Shown in pieces: positions 39,007 through 50,437 of a DNA stretch of 64,000 nt; the stretch's first letter is position 1, and the number at the start of each line of letters is the position of its first letter. The notes below the pieces were generated by a model that searched no databases, was not told where the DNA came from, and saw nothing but the letters and a program-made list of their open reading frames with translations. This DNA comes from the human T2T-CHM13v2.0 reference genome, Homo sapiens. The position numbers and the translations under genes were made by a program. The stretch lies in the NCBI RefSeq assembly GCF_009914755.1, contig NC_060926.1; one strand, given 5' to 3'.

Positions 39007-40150
39007 GTAGTGGATGTTACAGTGAACCACCAATATTCCCCTTTGAGGACTGAGGTATTTATTTCCTCAGTTGCCAGAGGTGTTGCCTGCTTGATGGCTT
39101 ATACCTACGTTCCTCCCCAAGAATTACCTTCAGCTGAAAGGAGCTGCCTCTTGCCTATAGGAGCTGCCTCCCCTGTGGTTTTACTGAATGAGTACAACTC
39201 AATGAGTACATGACCCTGTAGTCAATGAAGGCTTACAAAAGCCTAGCCCCCTTGCCTCAATATGAGACAACTGTGAAGGGCTAGCCTAGCATCAGAGTTC
39301 CATGTGGAATCAGTTGAGACGTCTACTGCAATTGCACCATAATTTCAAGCTCTCCCTGTACCAAACAAATTCTGCTCCCCATAATCCTTCAGTGTTGTTA
39401 TTGCTGGCAGTTATCTTCAACAGACTCCCTCAACACATATCTCAGAATCTGTTTCCTAGGAAAGCCAATCCTCCAATTGATCATTTCCCTGTTCCCTGAA
39501 TAGTACCGATAGACGTACTTGGTAGTTGGCAGGAGCACCACATTGGTTATTTAGCTTGTGGAGTTAAGAACTATTGTAGTGGCTTAGGGGACTCTAAACT
39601 ACTTGATTTGAATATGATAGTATATGAAAATCAGTGTTGCATCTGAGGGAGAATGGCAGAGTTTCTTCTCAAGTTTCTGCCGCTTTTAAAGGCCTAAATT
39701 ATGTGTCAGTGTGGCCACAACAGAAACTTGTCACATCCTAGAGGATGATAATGGACTACTTCAAATTCACCCAACTGGTAGCACCAATTGCAGCTGCCAT
39801 ATCAGATGTGGGATCTTGGCTACAGCAGGATAACATGGCCTCAGGAACATGGTATGCAGCTACTGATCTGGAAAATATATTTTTCTCCCAATTACTATCA
39901 AAAAGGAGTACCAGGGGTAGTTACCATTCCTGTGGGAAGTACAACAGTACATATTTATAGTCTTGCTCCAGGGCTATGTTAACTCTCCTACCTTCTATCA
40001 TAATAGAGTCCAAGAGGATTTGGATGAGTGAATGTTATCCAGAATTTCACATTGTTTCACTATATTAACCCATTGACCAGGAAGTGGCAAGTGTGTTGGA
40101 GGTCTTGGTAAGAGAGACACATTTCGGTGTCTGTTTCTCAGTGAATCTGA
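39007..40150 (+). mobile_element. LTR16-like LTR (~39007-39470) followed by ERVL (HERV16-like) pol/RT fragment
   Basis: ORF 39745-39960 DYFKFTQLVAPIAAAISDV..ASGTWYAATDLENIFFS is an ERVL RT motif. CCAGGGCTATGTTAACTCTCC (QGYVNSP) at ~39968. Confidence 0.75.
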
Positions 40151-41435
40151 TGAAAAAACAATATGAAAGAGAATGCCACTCTATACTGAGCCTTAAACTC
40201 CAGGGTGGATGCATGAAGAGGTGAGGCGAGTTTCTATAGGGACTCAGTGAAAGTAACCCAGTGCCCCTTCAGTTACTCTTATTCACCTCAGTTCTCTCTT
40301 CATTGTTCACCTTTGTCCTGTCCAGGTTTTCTCAGAATGAATGATGGCACTTTTTAAAATTTAATGGATATTTTTTTTTCACGTATGAACATTGTTGTAT
40401 CTTCTGCAGGCATAAGGGTAAATTAATGAAGCAAGTTACTTAAATAATATGATCTATTAACTACTTAAATGATCATAAAGAGAAGAAAATTTAATAGCTA
40501 AAGGTGATGTGCTGTAATTTCAGCCATTTTGAATGCAGTGATCAATTACCAATCAAGGAGATACTATTAAACAATGGACTGTTTATCTTAATTATTTGAA
40601 AATATTTTTATGTAGATCAAATAGGAATAGCATAAGATTTACTATCTTAAACGTTAGCTGAAATTGGTGCTACTAGTTAGTCGAGTTTGAAATAGTCCAA
40701 TCACCCTCTAGGATGTGGCAAGTTTCTGTTGTGGCCACACTGATGCATACTTTAGGTCTTTAAAAGCAGCAGAACTTGAGATGAAACTCTGCCATTCCCC
40801 CTCAGAGGCATACTGATTTTCATCAGTAATGCAAGTGTACAGTTCAGTAATGTTAAGTGTATTCACATTGTTATGCAACCAATATCCAGAATTTTTTCAT
40901 CTTGCAAAATTGAAACTTGCTATACAAACAATAACTCCCCTTTTCTTCTGCCCCCAATTCCTGTCAACAACCATTCTACCTTCTGTTTCTGTGAATTTAG
41001 CTACTTTAGATAATTCATGCAAATGGAATCATATACTATTTGTCTTTTCATGACTGACATATTTTATTTAGTATATAAAGTCCTCAAGTTTCAGTCACAT
41101 TGTGGCATGAGTCAGAATTTTCTCCTTTTTTAAAGTTGAATAACATCTCATTGCATATACCACATTTCCCCTGTCCTTTCAACTGTAGAACTTTTGAGTT
41201 GCTTCACTATTGTGAATAGTGTGGTTGTGAACATAGATGTGCAAATATCTCTTTGAGATCTTGTTTGCAATTCTTTTGAAGATATACCCAGAAGTGGGAA
41301 TAGTGGATCATGTGATAATTCTATTTTTAATTTTTTGAGGAACTGCCATACTGTTTTCCATAGTGGCTGCACCATTTTACATTCCCAACAAAAATGCGCA
41401 AGGGGTCTCCACATCCTTGCCAACACTTATTTTCT

Positions 41436-41436
<1 letters not shown>

Positions 41437-41471
<35 letters not shown>
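41437..41471. repeat. (GT)n microsatellite
   Basis: About 17 GT units. Confidence 0.97.
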
Positions 41472-41475
<4 letters not shown>

Positions 41476-42043
41476 GATAGTTATGGTAATGGATGTGAGG
41501 TGATATCTCACTGTAGTTTTGATTTGCATTTCCCTAATACTGATGTTTAACATCTTTTCATGTACTTGTTGCTCACTTGCATATCAACTTTGAGAAATGT
41601 CCATTCAAGTCCTTTGTCTATTTTTTTAATAGGCAAGTGACTTGAATAGACACTTAACCCTATCAAATTTTTAATTTAAAAAAATTAAAATTAATTTTTA
41701 ATTTAAAAAAGTTAAAATTAATTTTTAATTTTTTAAAAAATTTAATAGGGTAAAAAAATTTTTAATTATTATAGGTTAACATGGCTGTTTTATTGTTATT
41801 GAGTTGTAGGAGGTCTTCACATATTCTAGACAGTAACCTCTTACCAGATATATGATTAGTCAATATTTTCTCCTATTCTATATGTTGCCTATTAGATCTA
41901 TTGGTTGTGTCCTTTGATGCACAGACATTTTTTAGTTTGATACAGTTCATTTTGTATATTTTACTTTTATTGCCTATGCTTTCAATGTCATAGCCAGGAA
42001 ATCTTTGCCAAATTCAATATGATGAAATGTTTTCCTATGTTTC

Positions 42044-42409
42044 TGTGTTAGTCCATTTTCACGCTGCTGATAAAAACATACCCAAGATTGAGCAATTTAC
42101 AAAAGAAAGTGGTTTAATGCACTTACAGTTCTGCGTGGCTGGGAAGGCCTCACAATCATGGAAGGCAAGAAGGAGCAAGTCACATCTTACATGGATGGCA
42201 GCAGGCAGAAAGAGAGAGAGCTTGGGCAGAGAAGCTCCCGTTTTTAAAACCATCAGATCTCCTGAGACCCATTTACTGTCACGAGAACAGCACGGGAAAG
42301 ACCCACCCCCATGATTCAGTCATCTTCCACTGGGTTCCTTTCACAGCATATGGGATTTATGGGGCTACAAGATGAGATCTGGGTGGGGACACAGAGCCAA
42401 ACCATATCA
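42044..42409 (-). mobile_element. THE1A/B solo LTR
   Basis: TGTGTTAGTCCATTTTCACGCTGCTGATAA...GCCAAACCATATCA. TSD GTTTC at 42039-42043 and 42410-42414. Confidence 0.92.
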
Positions 42410-43516
42410 GTTTCCTTCTAAGAGCTTTATAGTTTTGGGTCTTGAAGTTTAAGTTTTTGATTCATTTTGAGTTAATTTTTGCATATGGTATAGGATGCCA
42501 ACAGTTTTACTCATTACATCTCTTTGTTTCTTAACATTACACGTTATAACCTGCATTAGGTTTATACAGGATGAATTTCTTTTCCAAATCATTGTTATAT
42601 AGACAACCTACTTAGAGAGAGAGAATGTTATTTCCCATGTTTTAGCAAGTGCTTATAACATAATTTCTGCTACTTTCTACAGTCTGAGAACATAGAAGTA
42701 GTATAACATTAGGAATATTATTACAGACTTTCTGTTCAAAAACTTTCTGTATTGTCCAATGCCAAATTAACACCTTCTCATATCCTTCATTTGCTAGTGT
42801 TTTCCTCTACACAAAAATAGAATGCTCATTCTGCCCATCCATTAGTGCTACCTTCTAAGAGCTATCATTTTTCCCCAGATAATAATAATAATTATCTTTC
42901 TCCTCTTAACCTCTCTTTATGAAAGTTTATGCCTTTTCTTATATAATTGTTTTACATATCTATATGTCTTTGTTATTGATTATAAACTCATTGAGGGACA
43001 AATTTTCATCTTTTACATTGTTGCATTCTCCCTGGGATCCAGCACTTTTACTGAAACTGGATAGGTACTAAAAAATGTGTTGCATTGAGTGCCATTCATA
43101 TATATTTCAATAATATGTCACTGATCATGCAATACCTTTAATTCATAATGTAATTAGGTGCCTAATTAATGTTCATCAAATATTCAAACATTTAACACAT
43201 AAATACAGAAGTTTCTAATGACATGCATATACTAAGATAAATCTGATTACATTTTAATCTGATATTCAGGAATTCATAAAAGTATAACTTTAATGAAAAA
43301 GTTAAAATAATAATAAAATCTTGGCCTGCAAATTAAATTTAAAGATACTTTAAAAAAAACTGTATTGCTTTTAGCAGATATTAAAATCTTTTAAGTCAAA
43401 AGCTTAGTGGAGAAAATAATGCCCCATCTTGATATTCTTTTACTCCTTGCATTTGGGCAAAAAGAATCAGCTTACTAGTTTATTTCCTTTTGGGGCCACA
43501 TAGTACACTATAGACC

Positions 43517-43962
43517 TGTCTTAGTTTGTTTTGTGTTGCTATAACAGAATACCTGAGTAATTTATGAAGAAAAGAAGTTTATTTAGGTCACAGTCCTGTA
43601 GGCTGAGAAGTTCAAAAACTATGGCACCGGCATCTTCTTGGCTTCTGGTGAGGGCTTTTGTGCATCATCTTAACAGGGTGGAAGGTCAAAGTGGAAGTGG
43701 CCATGTGTGAAAGGGCAAAACTCAAGAAATATCCTTGCTTTATAACAACCTGCTCTTGAGGGAGATAATCCATTTTTATGAGAACTAATGCCATCTTGCA
43801 GGAGTGAAAACTCCCTCACTACCATGAGAAGGGCACCAAGCCATTCATAAGGGATCTGCCCTCATGAACTGAGCACCTCCCACTAGGCTCCACCTCCCAA
43901 TACTGCCACATCAAATTTTAACATGAGTTTTGGTTGGGACAAACCATATCCAAACCATAGCA
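43517..43962 (-). mobile_element. MaLR solo LTR (MSTC/MSTD-like)
   Basis: TGTCTTAGTTTG...CAAACCATAGCA. TSD AGACC at 43512-43516 and 43963-43967. Confidence 0.88.
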
Positions 43963-44291
43963 AGACCCAAAGTTCAAAGATAATATAAGTAAAGCACCTA
44001 GCACAAAGCTATTATACAACATAATTCTATCAATGGCAGTATTCTCCTGCTTTTCTCATTTCACCCAGTGCATTCCTGAGCTCTTAAAGATAACTAAAAT
44101 TGTTTTCTAACTAGAATTATTGTAATTTCAAGTGTTTTAGACTAAAAAGCCAAATATAATAAGTGCACATCTCATAATTATAATATTTTGCAACTAAATT
44201 GAAAAACAGTTTTAAAAATAAAGAAAAGAAAAAAAGTAAAAAATTAGGGCTGGTCCTCTACTTTCTAATATTTTACCTCTAAAATCTTATG

Positions 44292-45035
44292 CCAAGGATA
44301 TTAGCAAACAATAGCCTATTGGCCAAATTTTTTCCTGCCACCTTTATTTGCATGGCCTTTGAGCTAAGAATAATTTTTACATTTAAAAATGATAGGAAAG
44401 GATCAAAATAATATTTATGACATAAAATTACATGAAATTCAGACTTTAATGTTCATTAATAAAGCTTTATTGGAACATAGCCATGTTCATTAATTACATT
44501 TTGTGTATAGCTGCTTTTGCACTACAATGGTAGAGTTGAGTAGTTGTGACAAAGAATATATGTGGCTCCATCTTGGTTCACACTGCTACTCAGTGTACTA
44601 CAAATCACAGTGAGTTTGAATGCCATTCATATTACTGCAAACGACATTTTATTTATTTTTATTGCCAGTGCATATCCATCATGCCAGAACAAGAAAATAA
44701 GAGAAAAATGAACTTTGATTGTCATGCTTTTATAGCACAGTGGAGTGTGAATTATTTTATTTAATTAGATGACAAAATATGTATTTATTATGTAAAGACT
44801 CTATAGCTATGCTAAAAGAATAGAATATATCTCCACATAACCAGATTAATCACTCATCACAATATTCCTGACTCACAAGAAGACAACAGTCATAAATATT
44901 AGAAGGCTTAAAATGGAATCTCTCATTATAGCAGAGTTTTCCTACAAAACAAAAAGGACAGTGAGACTTCAACCAATGTACATTTCTGAATGGCTCACTT
45001 GTTAGCCAAGTATGCCCTTATAAGACTGTGGCACT
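44292..45035 (+). mobile_element. hAT-Charlie element (MER58/Cheshire-like) with transposase N-terminal remnant
   Basis: MER58-type end (GAGCTAAGAAT..TTTACATTT..AATAAAGCTTTATTGGAACATAGCCA). Peptide KRKMNFDCHAFIAQWSVNYF at 44680-44760 resembles Charlie transposase starts. Confidence 0.65.
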
Positions 45036-46261
45036 CTAAACAGGGCTTTCACAATGTCCACCCACACAATACCTGCCTTAATGAAAAGCTCAGTACCAGT
45101 TTCAGGCAATTTAAAAATCTTAGCCTTTATTATATTGAAATTAAGTCGAATTATTTTTCTATTATGATCCCTTTTGAAATAAGCTTTTACACATTTCTAA
45201 TGCTTTCTTCAGAGCGGCTCATATAAATCAATGATTTTTTAAAAAATTCTTTCATTTCGATTTAATCTATTAATACTTTAGATCTCACTCTCAGGGAAAA
45301 ATTACTTTATTGCATGTAAAGTAATTCAAATAGAATATAGTTTACAATTTTCTTCCAAATTAAGCTTGAGCCTGGATAAAAATATTTTTAAGTGCCCAAC
45401 AATATTTAGATATTATTTGCCATGTTTCTATTTTCATAGGAAGAGATAATATGTTTAATAAAAAATACATATCTAAAAGGATAATCTGATGTTGTAAAAT
45501 TATAAATTCTAATTTTCTGTCAAAACAACCCTGAATGTGAACTTATCAGAATCTTGTCTGTGTGACTGCAACCCCTCCCCCAACCTTAAAAAACATACCA
45601 CCAGCCCCACTCTCCACCAGTGTGGCCAAACCAAGGGAAGTGAGAAGCAGGAACATAGCTACACAGGTCAGAGCTAAATATTAAGAGTAAAAATAGTATC
45701 TTGAGCTTTCAGAACCACAAATTTTCAAAGTGAGCCAGAGGACAGAGCAGCAGCTGCATTTTCAAACAGAAGCAACTACATTTTTCTAATCAACTGCTGT
45801 GTTATGGAACATGAACTGCAGGAAATGATGGACTAATGTCCTTTTATGTATCAGATAAGCAGGAGGAAGTATCAGTGGTGTGCTTTACTTGGTGAGTGAA
45901 TCTTGATAAACATATTCAATAAATATCTTCCACTTATGTCCTTTAATTCAGTACAATGCTTTTTAAAAAATATTCAACTTGTGTGTACATCGACCAGAAA
46001 ATGTTCTATATAAAAACTGTATTTTGCTTGGGTTTCGAGATGAATGTTTCATAAGATATCTATATATGTATTAAAATTATTTAAATATGAGGAAAAAGAA
46101 CTTGTTTGCTGTTGGCGATGAAATCATGTTTAATTATAGTACTGAAAAAAATGTGCCAAGAGTAAACAAACTTGTTTAGTGCTGCTAGTGTTTAGGTGAG
46201 AACCATTGCTTGAAGAGTTGGGGACACTGGGAGCAACATAGATGGTCAATGAAAAAATGAC

Positions 46262-49200
46262 AGAAGACTGATGTCACCAAAGTGTGGAGTAGGAAACCTT
46301 CGTCCCCACCACAAACACACCAATTCAGGAACAATTCACAGAAAAATTCCCTTTGTGGGAAATCCAGCAACTAATTGAAGGGCTCCTGCACCCTGGGTGA
46401 ATGCAAAATCAGATCCATCGAAGCTGGTGAGGATATTCACGACAGCTGTCTGCCAAAATTTCTACCCCCAACGCAACACCATACAATTGGGAAAAGAGTC
46501 TCAGCTCTCAGCTTCTCCCAGAGGAGGTTTGTGCATCCAATACCCCAACTTCGATGGGGGCTACCCAAAGGACTGGCTTCTGTCTTCTCTGTCTTAAAGT
46601 GCTAATGGTGTGGAATTATCTAGCCACCTGGGGGAGAATAGAGATGGTGGCTTAGATTGGTAGCCACCATAGCTTTTCCTCCCTAGCTCAGAGCATAGAG
46701 CAAGCAAACAAAATCCCCACCTTTCAGCTTCTCCCTGGGGATGGAAAGAGTTGGTACATACATTAAACTTTCTGGGGGTTTTCCAAAGGATTGGCTGAAA
46801 TCCCAAAGAATTCAGTCTCACTCATCCTGGTGCACTCACAAGACCTGGCAAACCCTAGACACCTGGGGCTACAAGAAATACACAAGCAAATAAGTTGAAC
46901 AAGCATGAGGTTTAAGAAGCTTTAGAATCTCTTCCTGGACTTATTGGTGGGGATCTTCCATATAAGGCCAGCTCTTTGTGAAGACTCAGAGAGAAGTCTG
47001 CTTTATCTGATGCAAAGACACCAATGCATAGAGTCAAGTAAGATGAAAAAACAGGAAAATGTGTTCCAAACTAGGTAACAGAAAAATCTCCAGAAATTGA
47101 CTCTAATGAAACAAAGATACACAATTTACCTGGAAAAGAATTTAGAATAACTGTCATAAAGATGCTCACTGAGGATAAGAGAACGTTGCATGAACAAAGT
47201 GAGAATTTCAGCAAAGAGATAGAAAATATCTTAAAAGTACCAAACAGGAATCATGAAGTTGAAGAATAAAATAATTAAATTGAAAAATTCACTAGAGGGA
47301 TTCAACAACATACTAGATCAAGCTAAAGAAAGAATCAGTGAACTTAAGGACAGGCCATTGGAACTTGCTGAGTCAGAGAAACAAAAAGGACAAAATAATG
47401 AAAAAGAATAAAAAAAGCTTAAAGGACTTACGAGACACCATCAAGTGGATCAATATATGCATTATGAGAATTCCAGAAGGAGAAGAGAGAAGGAAAGAAC
47501 CAGAAGATTTATTCAAAGAAATAATAGCTAAAAACTCCCAAGTATGGAAAAGGAAATGTGTAATCCAAGGACCCCCAAAAAGGAAAACTTAGAGATATCA
47601 ACACTAAGACACCTTATAATCAAATTGTCAAAAGTCAATCACAAAGAGAAAAAGCAACAAGGGAAAAGTTACTTGTCGGGTACAAGGGAAATTTCATAAG
47701 AGTATAAGTAGATTTTTCTTCAGCAACTTTTTTGCAGATGAGAAGGAAATGAGATGATAGATTCACAATGCTGGGGGAAAAAGCCAACCAGGAAACCTAG
47801 ACCAAATGAAACTGTCCTTCAACCAGGAAAACTAGACCAAATGAAACTGTCATTCAATCATGAAAGAGAGATAAAGTCTTTTCCAGACAAACAAAAACTA
47901 AGGAAGTTCATCACCACCAGACCTCCCTACAAAAAATGCTAAGGGAACCTCCTTAACTTGAAATGAAAGGACACTAAACAGCAACAAGATAGCATAAGAA
48001 AGTATAAAAGTATTGGTAAAGGTAAATATATAGACAAATGCAGGACCGTAATACTGCAATAGTGGTAGGTAGACCACTTGTAATTCAAGTAAAAAAGTTA
48101 AAAGACAAAGTAGCAAAATACTTTCAATAACTAAAATACTTTTAATAAGTAAAACTATGTTAATAGATACACAATATAAAGAAATGTTAACTGTGACAAC
48201 AATAACAAAATGTGTATGGGAAGGAGAGTAAAAAGAGGCATATTTTTGTATGTCATTGAACTTAAGTTGTTATCAGGAAAAAATAGACTGTCATTACTAT
48301 AAGGTATTATATAAACCCCATGGTATCTAATGAGAAAATACCTATAGAAAGGTATCAAAGATTCCCAACAAAAAAAAATCAACAAAACATGAAAAATGAG
48401 AGCAAGAGAGGAAAAAATGCACAAAATAATTACAAGGCTAACAGAAAACAGTACATGACAATAATAAATCCTTCTCTATCAATAATTACTTTAAAACTAA
48501 ATAAATTATACTTCCCAATCAAAGACATAGGGTGGTTGAATGGATTAAATGTATAATGGAATCACATGCTGTTATCAAGAGACTCCCTTTAGAATTTAGG
48601 CTCAATGTGAAAGAATGGAAAAAAAAATTCCACGAAAATGTTAATGAAAAACGAGCAAGAGTGACTATACTTATATCAGATAAAATAGACTATAAGTCAA
48701 AACTCTCTCAAAAGACTGAGAAAGACATCTTATAATGATAAAAGGATCAATTCACCAGGAATATATAACAATTGTAAGTAGTTATGCACCCAACGATTAA
48801 GCACCTAAACATATAAAGCAAACATTGACAAAACTGAAGAGAGAAACAGGCAGCAACACAATAATAGTAGGATATTTCAATACCTCATTTTGAATGATGG
48901 GTAAAACATATTATCCATTACCCACGGGCAAAACAGAGCAAAAGGAAATAAAGGACTTCAACAACCTTATAGAAAAAAATGGACCCAATAGACATGAACA
49001 TTTCACTCAATAGCAGCATAATACACATTCTTCTCAAGTGCAGCCAGAATATTCTCCAGAATAGATCACATATTAAGCTGAAAAGTATGTTTTAAAAATT
49101 TAAAGTGATCAAAATTGTACCAACTATTATTTCTGACTACAATGGAATGTGAAAGTAGAAATCAATAGCCATGGGAAAACTGAAAATATTATAAATATGT

Positions 49201-50437
49201 GGACATTAAACAAAACACTCTTGAACAACTAATGGGTCAGAAAGAATTCAAAAGAGACATTAGAAAATATCTTGAGAGACATGAAGATGAAAACATAATA
49301 TACCAAAACTTATGGTATACAGCCAAAGCACTATTAAAAGATAAGTTTATAATGATAAAAGTCTATATGAAAAAAGAAGACAGATCTCAAATTTGCAACC
49401 TAATTATACATTTGAAGGGACTAGAAAAAAAAAACACACTAGACCCAAAGTTAGCTGATAGGAAGAACTAGCAAAGATCAGAGCAGAAATAAACAAAATA
49501 GATAATAGAAAACAATAGGAAAAAATCAATGAAATTGGGTTTTTTTTTAAAAGATAAAATTGACAAACCTTTGGCTAGACTTAGAAAAAAGAGAGGATTC
49601 AAATAAATATAAATCATATATTAAAGAGGAGGTATTACCACTGATATCACATAAGTTAAAAAGTTCATAAGTATCTATGATAAACAATTATATGCTAAGA
49701 AACTCTATGACCTTAAAAATGGATAAATTCCTAGGAACATAAAATCTACCAAACACGAAACAAGAAGATATAGAAAATCTGGACAGACAAATAACAAGCA
49801 AGAAAATTAAATCAGTAATAAAAGACCTCCAAACAAAGAAAATCCCAGGAACAGATGGCTTCACTGGTGAATTTTACCAAACATTTGAAGAAGATTTATG
49901 TCAAACTTTTTTTTATCTTGAAGAAGAGGAAATACCTCCAAACTCATTGTATGATGCCAGCATTACCCTGATACCAAAGCCAAAGACACTGCAAGATAAG
50001 AAAATTACATAATAATATCTCTGATGAACATAGATGCAAAAATTCTTAACAACAAAAACTACCTAGCAAGCTGAATTCAACAGTACATTAAAAAGTCATA
50101 TGATATTTATTATAGGAAGCAATGGATACCCTGGGCTGGGGTTCATTATATACAAATCAATAAATGTGATGTGCCACATTCACAGAGTAAAGAACAAAAA
50201 ATATATTATTATTTAACATCGTTTCATGATAAAAACTCTCAACAAATTAGCTGTAGAAGGGATGTAGCTCAACACAATAAAGGCCATATATGACAATCCT
50301 ACAGTTTACATCATACTCAATGATGAAAAGTTGAAAGCTTTTCCTCTAAGTTCAGGAACAAGGCAAGGATGTCTACTCTTGCTACTTCCATTCAACATAG
50401 TACTAGAAGTCCTAGGAAGAGCGATTAGGCAAGAAAA
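46262..50437 (+). mobile_element. L1M element: 5' UTR, ORF1, inter-ORF and 5' half of ORF2; 3' end missing
   Basis: ORF1 peptides at 47338-47592 and 47754-47942 (EIKSFPDKQKLRKFITTRP). ORF2 peptides at 48532-48735 and 49199-49471. Stops at AGGCAAGAAAA. Confidence 0.88.

Larger units (their letters stand above)
40828..42492 (-). mobile_element. L1MB-type 3' portion, interrupted by THE1, (TG)n and an AT-rich insertion
   Basis: ORF 41148-41426 is the ORF2 C-terminus ([21 protein letters not shown]). 3' UTR at 40828. Confidence 0.85.

Noticed and set aside
44680-45000. Domesticated Charlie transposase gene
   Set aside because: Only a short N-terminal remnant with stops and frameshifts remains.
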